Shown here: positions 1 through 13,100 of the stretch, piece by piece
Layout: every line of letters begins with the position of its first letter
Position numbering within the stretch: position 1 is the first letter of the stretch
DNA from: Squalus acanthias
Taxonomy: Eukaryota
Reading direction: 5' to 3'
Length of the DNA: 64,000 nt
Assembly: GCA_030390025.1 (NCBI GenBank)
Contig: CM059437.1
Coordinates: 81,282,001-81,346,000 of the forward strand
Program-made: the position numbers and the translations under genes
The notes under the pieces: model-generated
Database searches by the model: none
What the model saw: the letters and a program-made list of their open reading frames with translations, nothing else
Told to the model about the DNA's origin: nothing

Positions 1-286
1 GTTAAATTAACAGTTATATGCTTCAATGAGGGAGCAATGCTAGGAACAGATGTTTCCAAACTGCAGTACATCTTCAAACAGGTGAATCCAGCCAGCAGCA
101 TAAAAAAGACTGACATAGAGACAGAGCACCAGGAGAGAAAGTCACTGACCGTTGTGTTCTCCTGGACTTATTCTATGCTCTGCTTTGTTCCTCACACACA
201 CTTTCACCTGTGCATGGAGGAAGCACATTCTCCATTCACTGACATGTCAAGCATTTAGAACTGTAATTTTAAACAGAAGCATGTTT

Positions 287-497
287 AAAGTGAGAAGTCG
301 CACAACACCAGGTTATAGTCCAACAGTTTTATTTGAAATCACAAGCTTTCGGAGCTGCTGCCCCTTCGTCACTTCACCTGACAAAGGGGCAGCAGCTCCG
401 AAAGCTTGTGATTTCAAATAAAGCTGTTGGACTATAACCTGGTGTTGTGCGACTTCTCACTTTTGTCCACCCCAGTCCAACACCGGCATCTCCGCAT
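287..497. mobile_element. Penelope-like element terminus in fold-back (inverted) configuration
   Basis: ~85-bp near-perfect inverted arms at 287-371 and 379-463; 13-bp direct repeat CATGTTTAAAGTG at 280-292 and 498-510; hammerhead-like core. Confidence 0.75.
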
Positions 498-3417
498 CAT
501 GTTTAAAGTGTCAGTGAGCAGATTGTGTGTTTTCTCTCACACCAGCAGGTAACTCTCTCCATGGGTAGGTGGGATGAGGTAGGAGCACTGTTACTTCGTC
601 CTGCATCACAGTTTTGCTGTCCCAATGTTTGTTTGGCACAAGTTAATGTTTATACCCAAACCCCTCAATTAGTTCCAGCCTGCCATTGATTCCTGGGTGT
701 CCATTATTCCTCACATAAATCGGCTGCAGCTCTTGATTGGTATAGAGCTTTTAATTCAATCCCCGAAATCTATTGTCTATAATATATGTACAATGTACTG
801 AATAAATCAGTATCACTCCGTAAAATAACAGGTATAGCCTATGGGTAGCATGGTAATGCAGCATGTTGGCGTTCCAATGCACTTTGGAACTATTTGCGAA
901 GACATTGGCCCACATAACGAGCTCCCAATGTAACCATAAAGCTGCAGGTTGGTGATTAAAGGATGGGGAAAACATTCTGAGGAAAAGTTACTTAAGATAA
1001 GGCATTTTCTAGCAACAGAGTAGCAATGATAAAGCCAAGGAATAGACCTTCAGACCCTACTCATCCCAGAAGAAAAATATCTGAGGCAGGGGCCAAGCAT
1101 TCAGTTCAAATACATGCATCCTATGAGTTTTCATTAAATGTTTGATTAGCAGTTCTATTTAAAATATTCTTTGCCCTAGTAAATTTTTAACACAGCCTAT
1201 CTGTCTCCAACCATCAGAGATAGACCAGAGACTCCGTGGAACATCAGCAGTGAACCACCACATCAAGCTAACATGTAGCACAACAGACACAACCGTTATT
1301 TTCTATCATTCCAAGGATGAATAGTTAAGCCTATAACTACTATAAAATCTAGTATGCCATTGCTTCTGTTCACTCATACATTTACCGTTTAATAAATATA
1401 TTTGGCAGTTTTACTTCACTGCCTTCCAAAAGTCAAGGAAGATCAGCTAAGCCAAAATACAGTGATGAGGGTTCTCTGTTCAACTGCTGGACTCACTAAA
1501 CATTTCCTGGATACTGGGCAGGTAAAGGCACGCGCCAGTTCACAGGGAGCAAAAGGATGGTTTCAGCCCAAGAAAAATATCTGGAGTCATTGAACCAGAG
1601 AATAATATCTGGAGTTATTGAACCAGAGAGAAGTATCTGAAGCAAAAACACACAAATGTAACTGAAGATTCACATTTCCTGTGTAAAACCTGCCCTATGA
1701 CATCATTTTTGTTTAAGCAGCAAAACAGCTGTCATAGCAGGGGTCCATAATTACATCACCAATACAATACTTAGCAGCATAGAGAGAACATGCTGAGCTG
1801 CTGGAACTAAATAAGCGAGTACAGAATATTCTGACCAAGAAAAGGCTTACTTTCCTGGACAGAGGTAAAGTCTTGTCTGATAATCAATCTCTTTTTTCAC
1901 CTCTAGCCTCCAACCTTTTGATCTCTGTCTTAAACTTTCTTGTCTCTATTTCAATTGATAACTCTGGTAAATATCTCCTGTAAATGTTGCTCTCGTGTTC
2001 CTTTATATACATCATTCTACACACTTCTTAACTCATCTTTAGAACAGTACATTTTCCACAGAGTCCCCATAGTTGTGTAAAATCAGGGGGAACTCGATGT
2101 ATGTTGTAGCAGTCTCCTATAATCTATATGGAACACTTGTTTGCCCCTGTCCCCCTCAACTTCACAGAGCTTTGGAATCTGCAGAAAAAAATGCACCCTG
2201 CAAAACTTACAGCCTTGCTCATCATGTGATCTCCTGAAATAAAACCAGAAAATGTTGGAAATATACAGCATCTGTAAACAGTAAAATACAAGTTAATCTT
2301 TCACATGCATACCTTCATCAGAACTAAAAAGATAAACAAACATTTTAATAAGGTTAGAAAAAAATGAGGACAGGAGAACTAGATACTCCAATCACAGAGA
2401 GGCAGTTAAAGAATTGAATGATCTGGAGACTGCTTAATAGAAAGCTGTTAGATAATATAAAATGTCAGTGAGGCATTATACCCTGCAATGCATAATGTAT
2501 CATTTTGCTGCTAAAGTGAAATGTTTAATCTAGCCTCTCACTAGTCGAATAGCTGTAAATAGACACATCTGGAAGTCAATTACAAGCTAATTGCAATTGC
2601 TGATGAAAATTTGGAGGTTGGCAGCTATTTGTAAATCCCTTGCTCCTCATTATGGGGAGAGGCTATTTTATCAGATTAAAGGAACGAGCAGCTTTCTTTT
2701 TTTCTCAAAGGTGCTACTTGTTCATTGGTAGGCTCTCTATCTGTTGAGATTTTTTGCCATTTTATGAATGATGCAAGTGTGACACTTTCAAGTACGACTG
2801 ACACACGAGATGCAAGATTTTTATTTATGCAGATTATGTTGCTTTACAAACTGTTTATTGTGAATTACACTGGGACTGGGACAGAATGCAGGACTGGCAT
2901 TGCTCGATTACTGATCCTAGATATATTGGGGGGGGGGGGCAGAGAGGGGAGAGGTTTATGACCGCAGTGGGCTGCAGCTTTCACCCCCCCACTTCACTGG
3001 GCTATTTCTTCAGCTATTGATCCTGACAGTAGGGCTGGTGCTTCTCTACATGATGCAGGGAGGGAGAATTGGAGGCAGAACTGACCATTTCACACAATCA
3101 ACCAGTTTGCAGTAGCACTGATGCTGGCCTGGTACATCATCTATCTACTTGATTTTTGTCTCTAGTGTATGGCCTAGGGAGAGCAAATATGGAAAAACAA
3201 AGCAAGTTTATCCCCAAATAATAATAAAGACAGCAACACTGTTGCAGTGAGCATGATTCCTAATGTTAGGAGACGGACCGTGTATTGTGCTACATGACAA
3301 TGGAAGTCTTCACTCCATTGCTTCTAACAAAACTGACTCTGGCTTAATGATCTTTATCAGTTTAACATCTGATCATTTTACTGAGATTAAAATATTGATA
3401 CTGTTATGACATCAGGG

Positions 3418-3423
3418 TTTATT
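3418..3423 (-). terminator. Candidate TFIP11 polyadenylation signal AATAAA
   Basis: TTTATT on the + strand, ~340 nt past the stop codon. Confidence 0.55.
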
Positions 3424-3763
3424 GTTCATAAATAAACAGATATTAAAATAAACATAGAGTGTTACATGTTTAAAAAAACACAACAGGTAACGAAGTGGGA
3501 CTGTACTTGACTCATTAAGTACCAAATGTTAGAGTGAGTCAGTGAGTAAGGATTTCACTTGGGGACCAAGAACCAAATAAACACAGAAAGTGGTGAAGGT
3601 CTCTCCTCACTGTGAAAGTCTCTTCCCACACACCTGCCTACACCCCCGAATAAGCTGATGAAAGTCTTCTTGTATAACTGCAGTCACTGGTGTGAAAGAA
3701 TAGAACAGAAAGAAGTGAAAAAGGAGAGTAGAGCAAGTTTCTGCACCTCCTGTTTATATTATA

Positions 3764-4119
3764 TTACTTAGCCATGTCAATGAGGCTCTGAAGTGATGTT
3801 GGCACCCAGGTTTTCTCCCCCTGTACAAACACAACCCCTCTGTCAATGTAAATGACTATCCGTCCAAAGGTGTAGAGCTGTTTTCCCTCATGGCGTTTGC
3901 CCATCAAAGGCATGAAGACGATATTGTGCTCTTCGGCCTTGGCCTGGATCAAGTCCTTGAAGTTCATTGGTATGGAGGTGGAGCTGACTCCAATGCCTCG
4001 GTGTGCCATGTTCTCAGCCTCGCGACGCTCCTGCATTGCCTCGTACTGAAAGTCCCTCCGGCGCTCTGTGTGGGTGAGGTAGGCAATATTTTCCCGAGCT
4101 CCTGGCTGCATGTAACCAC
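3764..4119 (-). CDS. TFIP11: TFIP11 last coding exon
   Basis: (G)[35 protein letters not shown]...[14 protein letters not shown]. Confidence 0.96.
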
Positions 4120-7100
4120 CTGTTTGAAAGCAAAACAATGAAGAAAAACTCAGGCAAGGATTGACAAAATTGCTCTGGGCTAATTGCACACGATGGTGAA
4201 GGGTTGAAATATCTGGGCATACACATTAAAATTAGGAAGCAGTGGTAAAACAGGAAGAGGAGGACTTTTTTCTACCTAGAGGCTAACAGAGCGGAGAATA
4301 AGTTATCAGGGAACTACATTGAAGTGAACAGTATAAATGGATTCAAGAGACAATTAGATGAGTTTTTGCAGAGCAAAAGGACTGAGGAACATGGTGAAAA
4401 GATGGATGGAGTTAACACTTTTTTTCCCTTCTTGCTGGGGTACAGTTTCATTGGTTCCAACAGCCTTTTACTAACTCACAAAATAGCAATTCTTCATGTG
4501 TAAGCCTCAAAAATTAAGTGTTAGTGGGCTAGTCCATCATAGGGAGCTTTACAGATGTCCTGTCCTTCCCCACAGCAGGGGCCACTGGATAGTGATCAGG
4601 AGCAGGCACCAAGGTCAATTTCTTTTTGACCCTCTCACTAATTCAGAGGCATTGAGACCAACTGTAGCATTGAGACCAAATGCGATCTTGGCTGAGGCCA
4701 GCTAACTCAGCCCAGGACAGGGATCAAACCTGGGACTTTCCTGGTTTACATGGCTCAGCAGCTTATTGAATAAACCCCTCACTAATGCCTCGGCAGATGC
4801 GATATGTCTATAATATATTAAAAATCTTGTATCTGCGCACACTTCCTGTCAGCTTTTCCATCATAAAATCTCTTCATTCCCATTTATATTGGAAACTTCC
4901 TATGTAAACTTGTCGTGCTGTAATTACACCCAGTGGAGGTGCAGAGGAAGATGGTAGGGAAGGTGTTCCAGGATGCAGGTAGGTTGCTGCTACAGCATGC
5001 AGGAGTATTGGGGAGTGGGGAGTGGCATTGTGAGATTGTTCCCGAGTTGTAGCAGCACTGGAAGGGGCAAGGCAGGTGTGGTAGAGGTGATGTGTAGTCA
5101 TGAGGTGTGGGAGCACTGAGCTTGTGGCGGGAGGATGTGGTTTCACCAGCATTGTAGGGAGTTCTCCAACTAGCCGGCACGGACTCGATGGGCCGAATGG
5201 CCTCCTTCTGTGCCGTTATGACTCTATTGTGGGACATCTAAAGATGTGCGGGTTAGGTTGATTTGGCTATGATAAATTGACCCTTAGTGTTCGGGGGATT
5301 AAATACGTGGGGTTACGGGGATAGGCCTCTATCTGCACGGTGGGGATTCTGTGATTCTGTGATCCCCTTAGGGAATCCCACCTCCGCATGAAAAAAATCC
5401 ATGTTTCGAGTGGTAACTGGAAACCAGCTTTAAGTTGGTTCAATGCTTTTAAAAGTTTTTAAGATGCGTTTTACAAGCACTAAAGGGACTTAACCAAGCT
5501 AATATTTATCCCTCAACCAACAACATGGAAAAGACACATTATCTGGTCCTGTATCTCATTGCTGTTTGTGGGACCCTGCTGTGTGCAAAGTGGCTGCCGC
5601 GTTTCCTTACATTACAAGTGACTATACTTCTAAAGTACTTCATTGGCTATAAAGCGCGTTGGGATGTCCCAAGGTCACGACTTTAAATATTCTGCAGTAC
5701 CCTTTTCAATGGATTTCAAAAAGCTTGTTTTTTCTTTCTTGAACTCTGCTACACACAGTCACATTTTCCCCCCCTTTCCTATCAGTGATCTTCATTTCTC
5801 CTTTTTGCTCTCCCTTCCCGAATATTTGCTCTTCCCACCTCCATCTTCTGGAGAAGGTCCAGGAGAAATAAAACCAAGAGTCACTTACCAACTGTGGAGG
5901 TGACAGCCCTGTTCATAATGTCCAGGGCTTCATTAAACTTCTCCTTGATCGTTGGGTGGGCCAACACCTGGTCAGAAAACATGGACTTCCAGCCCAGGTA
6001 CCATTTAGTGATCTCTTCGTAATTGGGGCTGTTACTGAGCCACGAACATAGCACCTAGACAGGAGAGAAGGGTAATTTGGGGAATTCAGAGGAGAATAAA
6101 GGTTACATATTACCAGTTGCAGTAAGCAGTAAAAATAAATGTAAGTTGTATATGAAGCTGAAATAAGGCTGTATGACAATGTATTGTATAAACCACTTCC
6201 TGCTTCCCCTCATTGCATACAATTCTAATGGATCAAACGCTGCCCATTTACTCCAATGGGCAGCAAACAAACTGCAACTATTTTGCCGCCACAGTTTGTA
6301 ATCACAGAGACAGAGGTAAGCAGGAATTTAACGGATATTAGCTCGATCATCACGAGGCCTGCAAACTCACCTGCAACCATTTTGCGAAAAAGTTTTTCTC
6401 AAGTAATCCTATGAGGCTGGATGGTGAGATCATGTCCTCCCAGTCCATCACCCAGTGGAAGGTGTCCATATGTTGCTGGTGAGGATTGATCACAAACTCT
6501 GTCAAACACATCCCTGTCAGGGGTCAGAAACAAACACAGCGTCAAACATATCCCTCTCAGGGGTTAGTAACAACCACTCAGTTTCAAATTTCCAATTGGA
6601 GGGGCTCTCTTCTAAACCATCTTAATTTTTTAAATTAATTTTCTCATTCTTTTAAGGGATTATTGAAGATAGACATGAGATTTTTCAAAATTCGTTCCTG
6701 GGATGTGGACGTCACTGGCGAGGCCAGCATTTATTGCCCATCCCTAGTTGCCCTTGAGAAGGTGGTGGTGAGCTGCCTTCTTGAACCGCTGCAGTCCGTG
6801 TGGTGAAAGTACTCCCACAGTGCCGTTAGGGAGGGAGTTCCAGGATTTTGACCCAGTGACAATGAAGGATCGGCGATATATTTCCAAGTCAGGATGGTGT
6901 GTAACTTGGAGGAGAACTTGGAGGTGCTGGTGTTCCCATGCACCTGCTGCCCTTGTCCTAGGTGGAAGAGGTTGCGGGTTTGGGAGGTGCTGTCGAAGAG
7001 GTGTTAAGTTTGGATATTTAGCTGTAATGACAGCACTCACACATAAAGGCCTAAAGCCAAAATGGTGTTGTACACAATTGCAGGGGTACGGTAGTGCAGT

Positions 7101-10100
7101 GGTTATGTTACTGGATGAGTAATCCAGAGTCCTGAACTAATAATCCAGAGGATTCTCCAATCCCAGTTTGAGAATTTGAATTCAGTTTCAATTAAATCTG
7201 TCAATGAAAAGCTGGTTTCAGTAAAAGAGACCATGAAGCTGTTGGATTATTGTATAAACCCAGCTGGTTCACTAATGTCCTTCAGGAAAGGAAACCTGCC
7301 GTCCATACCCGTTCTGGCCTACATGTGACAACAGTCCCACACAAAACCAACAAAGTGGTTGACTCTTAACTGCCCTCCGAAGTGGCCTAGCAAGCCACTC
7401 AGCGGTATCGAACTGCTAGAAGGCAGTCCACCAGGACATTCGCAGGGCATCTAGGGATGGGCGATAAATGCTGAGCTCGTCAGCAACACCCACATCCAGA
7501 TAATGAATTTTAAAAAAAGTCACTCACCCAGAATTAAATTATTTCAAGCTAGAGTCTCACCAACAGGACTTCTAAAAAAATTCAAATAGGTACAAGGAAT
7601 CCTGATGAACGAGGGTACTTTATAGACCCGCTGATTGTGACAGGTCAGCAGTGGAATGTATGCAGATAGTTTCTAAAGCGGCATCTCTTCAACCCAACAA
7701 GGGATAGGGGATCCTCAAATTAGTTGCGACAAACCATAAATAGGAAGACTATTTCCACTGGCTGGACGGTCAGTAACAAGGACACAGATTTAAGATAAAT
7801 GGCAAAAGAACCAGAGGGGAGATGAGGAGAATTTTTTTTACGCAGCAAGTGTTATGATCTGGATTGCACTGACTGGAAGCAGATTCAATAGTAACTTTCA
7901 AAAGGGAATTGGATATATAACAAAAACTTGCATTTATATAGCTCCTTTAATGTAGTAAAACGACCCAAGGCACTTCACAGGAGCGAATATCAAACAAAAT
8001 TTGACACCGAGCCACATAAGGAGATATTAGGACAGATGACCAAAAGCTTGGTCAAAGAGGTAGGTTTTAAGGAATGTCTTAAAGGAGGAGAGAGAGGTAG
8101 AGAGGTGGAGATGTTTAGGGAGGGAATTCCAGAGCTTAGGGCCTAAGCAGCTGAAGGCACGGCCACCAATGGTGGAGCGATTAAAATCGGGGATGCGCAA
8201 GTGGCCAGAATTGGAGGAGTGCAGAGATCTCGGAGGATTGTAGGGCTGGAGAAGATTACAGAGATAGGGAGGGGCGAGGCCATGGAGGGATTTGAAAACT
8301 TGAGAATTTTAAAATCGAGGCATTGCCGTTCCAGGAGCCAATTTGGATCAGCGGGCACAGGGGTGGTGTGTGAACAAGTCTTGGTGCGAGTTAGGATACG
8401 GGCTGCAGAGTTTTGGGATGAGCTCAAGTTTACGAAGGGTGCAAGGTGGGAGGCCAACCAGGAGAGCACTGGAATAGTCGAGTCTAGAGGTAACAAAAGC
8501 ATGGATGAGGGTTCCAGCAGCAGATGAACTGAGGCAGGGGCGGAGACGGGCGATGTTACGGAGTTGCAAGTAGGCGGTCTTGGTGATGGAGAGGAGCATG
8601 GGGTCGGAAGCTCAGCTCAGGGTCAAATAGGACGCCAAGGTTGCGAACAGTCTGGTTCAGGCTCAGACAGTGACCAGGGAGAGGGATGGAGTCGGTGGCT
8701 AGGGAATGGACTTTGTGGCGGGGATCAAAGGCAATGGTGGTAATTTTAACTCCCCTGGACAAGAATTGTTCCAGTTGCAATATAAATTATGTTCATGTGT
8801 TTCCTCACCTAACTTTGGAACAATATTTTTCAACATGAAGGCCTCCCAGGATCCTGGGGTGAACACGTCCTTCCAGGGCAACAGGATCAGTTTTGCAGAT
8901 GAGTCACTGGGATGCCACTTCTGCAATGCATTTGCAAGCTTGTTGCGGATCGGTGAATACAGGGGTTCCAGGCGCATCTGCATCAGTGGCAGCCACGGGT
9001 GAATCCAGGCGTGGATTGGGACTGTGTCCGTCAGTGGGTTCCAGCTCTCAACCTAAAAAGAACACACCGAGGTTTGTGTTGATGAGTGAGAATGGCTGAA
9101 GTTACTTATGTACTTGCGGTTCTCCTTTCTTGATGGCTGTATTAGAGCTTTTCCAGTAGTCAGTAGGCCAATTGTTCTTGCAATCCCCAGTATTTCCTCC
9201 CTCCCCTGCCTCTCTGGTTCCTTGATTACTGATGGTCCTGATCAGTTTTGTAAAAAGACCACATCCTTGGCAACCTGATAGAACCTGTTGATCGAGAGTG
9301 CCTTTATGACTACCATTCCCTTTGCAGTGCTCCCTTTCTGTTTGACTCTCCAGTCTCTCCTTCTCTCCCTCCAGCCCTGATCCTCTCCTATTGTTCCTAC
9401 TTAATTTCCATTCCTTCAGTTTGGACGTTTCAGGCATTTCCTTTGCTCTCTGCTCCATCTTCTTTCCCTCTTCATTTTACTTTCCTTCTTCTGGTTAGCT
9501 ATTTGTTCTTTGTCAAATGAAAATTTTGAAAGTTAAACGTCAATATGCAAAGGTGCCTTGTAATATTAACAAAATATTACAAATTACCTCTAATGTACTG
9601 CTTATTCCCAGAATTTATCAGACCAAGTGACTATCACACCTATCTCAAACTATACGAAGAGGATCCTACCTCACGCTGTAATTTAGGAAAGATCAGTTGT
9701 TCAAGAATATTGTCCAATATCCAGAGAGGGATCACAGGCATCCAGTTCTCCAAGAAATCGACCATAGGAGCACAATTCCGGGGTGGCCACTGGGATACAA
9801 CATTACGGACATATGGCATCCACACCTCCCACATCAACCTGCGAATGCGAAGAGAAAGAAAAATAAGTAGGAACCGAGAAAAATTCATTCAGCCCATCAA
9901 AGACCAAATTTTCCAACATACTGTAAAGAACTTACATTGTCAGACTCTCCCCGATTTTAGCCTATTTTCCCACCCTTCCTTCATTCCCCCTTCTTTCTCT
10001 CTCTCTCACTCACTCACTCACACACCAAGGTGCCAACTCTTGTGTGATGAAAGCAGTTTTAATCTTATGTCAAATAGAGAAAAAATTCTGTATTTTATGT

Positions 10101-13100
10101 TGAACAGCTTTGAAACAACTCGCAATAAGGTGGAAGCCCAGTTCACTTGACCAAATTTTAAAACAGAGACTGGAGCTCAGGTGTCTATAAGACACGGGTT
10201 GGTTCCATTGGCGGCCGTGCTTCAGTTGTCTAGGCCCTAAGCTCTGGAATTCCCTGCCTTAACCTCTCCGCCTCGCTACCTCTCTTTCCTCCTTTAAGAT
10301 GCTCCTTAAAACCTACCTCTTTGACCAAGCTTTTGGTCACCTGCCCTAATTTCTCCTTATGTGGCTCGGTGTCAAATTTTTTGTCTTTTAATACTCCTGT
10401 GAAGCGCCTTGGGACGTTTTACTACGTTAAAGGCACTATATAAATACAAGTTGTTGTTGTTTGATCTGTACATGGGCCAGGATCCAGAAGTTTGGTTCCA
10501 GGTGCTAATCAAATTGTTGGTCATCTCAGGGACAACTGGTATTTGACAATTAAATGCCAAGCATCTGTCAAACGTCTAGTTTCAATTGCTGGCAAGTATT
10601 AAAATCTATGAGCTTACAGGCTAATTCATTGCATTTTAAATGGCTGAAACATCAAGGAAACTTTGATCCGAGAAGAATTCAGGTTATATGTTGTTTAAAT
10701 GAATTGACAGGCGTGCAGGAACAGAACAAGATGTGATTTCAAAAGCAGAATACACAGTTCACTCTCTATATTCCTCAACTGATTTTCTGGCCAGGGGCCT
10801 ACCTTTACATTAAAGGCAGGTCACCCAATTTAATTTACAAGTCTTCCGGTGTCTTTCAGTTCCCTGCTTTGCACTGCCTAAGCCACAGGGGGCTAAAAGG
10901 GATTTCACATGAGTCATCTCCCACGTCAATCTATCAGGGACTCAGACAAAAACTACTGAAAAGTACAAAAATTTCAGACTGCCTCTTGTTTTGAAATAAT
11001 TTATGTATTGTGTAAGTCGGGTATTGTACGACTAGTTTCTTGCTGTGTCTTTCTGATTCTGTGTAACATCTTGTAAATAAATCTATCAGGTTTGTCCTGA
11101 ATCGAACAGCCTGATGCATACTATTTACTGCCTCTCAGAGGAGACAGGGAAATGGGTAACTGTTCGTTCTGCAGCGCTATTCCACAGATAATGGTGCAGT
11201 TTCTGTTTGCAAGACTCGGTCTGCTTATGGAAACTGCCTTTTTGATGTGAACGCGAGTTAAGTGTTGAGAGAAACGCCAAATCGTAACATCTTGCTAAAG
11301 AATGGTTTCTCCAGTACCTTTCCCAAGTCATCATTCTTAATGTGTTAGCCTACTGTCAAGCAGGTTATTTGAATCTGAGGGGCACCACAACGGAGCCCCA
11401 TCCTGTCCTTATCTGATGGACTTTTCAGTCTCAATAGGAGTAGGGGCAATGGCTGACTTTTCTCTTCCCTCACCCAGGGACACTGAAGCTAACTGTAGCA
11501 GCCCAACTATGCACAGAGCGGAGAATCAAACCTGGAACATCTGGATTGGTGCTAATTTGGGGAGTTGCTCTAATTAATAAGAGTCTTTAACCTACTGAAA
11601 TGAGGAGTATGTGAAGTCCAGTCGATCTTCAGACGCAAATTTGTTCCACAATCTGGAGGTCGCCGGCAATTCCAATTATCAGTCTGAAAGTTTGGATGAC
11701 TCATTCTTACCTGTGGTAGGGGTCCAACGACAACATATCACACGCTCCATGTTGCAGCTGGTCTCGTTCTAGAAGTTTCCTCCACTTGGACATGACCTCT
11801 AAGCCATATGTATTATCCTAAATGAAGGAAAGAAACAAAACTGTTCACTCTATCTTTTGCCCATTTTGTGCCCAGTTCGTCAATATGAGGGATGGACCCC
11901 CTCTCTTCCTCACTGTCTGTCTGCAGTGACTATATCAAAAGACCCTGACAAGTCAGGTACTGTGAAGTGCATCACCCCCTCTGTTGGAGCTGCAACTGAC
12001 CCGAGGCACTAGAATTAAGTTTTAATGTATTACATTACCAAGGCCTCAAGGAGAGGAAAGAGGCTGAATGAAATTTGCCATATTCAGTCTGGCATTCATT
12101 ATGCTTGGTAAGGTATTAGATCTTGCTGGAGTATGGACTCACAGGTGACGGCATTCCTCTGTTGTCTCACTTAACTGATCCTCCTTCATGTGTGAATCTT
12201 GACAGTGAGTGTTGCCAGATTTTTCGACCATGGAGGCTGTCCTCACTCAACATCAACATCGACACTGGATAGCAATCAGAAGTGTGAACACTGGGCAATT
12301 TCCCCCTCTCATAAGCCCAAAGGCACTGGGCACATCAAACTTGCGATCATCCTCGTGTGCATGACCCAGTACCATAATGGGCATCACAATTACTCACTTT
12401 TACGGTGGTAGTCTTTACCTGCAAAGGATTCCAGGCCTTAAAGAATTCTCTCAGCAGTGGAAACACGATGGCAATGGAGAGTTCTGCCAGGTCAAACATT
12501 TTGTACTCCTCAAAGTATTTCTCCTGCAGCATCTCAAAAATCTTTGCGCACTCTTCCAGGGTCAGTGGATTGTCACAGTTGGGCTGCAGCCTCTTCTCGC
12601 AGTCCTCCACAATCTGCAAGATGTTGCTGAGCTTGTCTATGATCTTATCCTCATGGGCGAGGATTTCAGAGAGCTTCTCATTCTCATGGGAGATGTTGAC
12701 CACCATGTCCCTCTCATACTGCAGCTGACGGTCATTCTGGATGATCTCCTGCTCAGTCATTTCAATGAGCAGCTGCAGATTGTGTTCCAGCTCTGGGAGG
12801 GAAAAACCCTCTGACTTGGCATCTTTAACTGGGGACTGCGTGTCATCAGGAATATCATGCTTCTGGTTCATCTGGCTGTAACTGTAATAGACTCTCTGCT
12901 CCTTTCCCGTCATGTCTATAACCTACATGATGAATTAGATAGTTAGAATGTCACAATGGCTCAATTTCTATCAAAGTCGTTACCCAACTAATCAGCTGTC
13001 AACTAGTTTGGAAACTAGTTTTACTACTTATAACTGCTCAATACACAAATTTTCTAATGCAATTACACAGGCAGGTGTATTTCATAACCAGTTGTCCACT

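Noticed and set aside
1850-2271. Possible exons of a further minus-strand gene
   Set aside because: Splice-like motifs give no coherent frame or recognisable peptide; the acceptor derives from a Penelope-like remnant
9545-10150. 201-aa + strand ORF and other antisense ORFs over exons (12377, 3890, 50373)
   Set aside because: Shadow ORFs opposite real exons, with no recognisable homology
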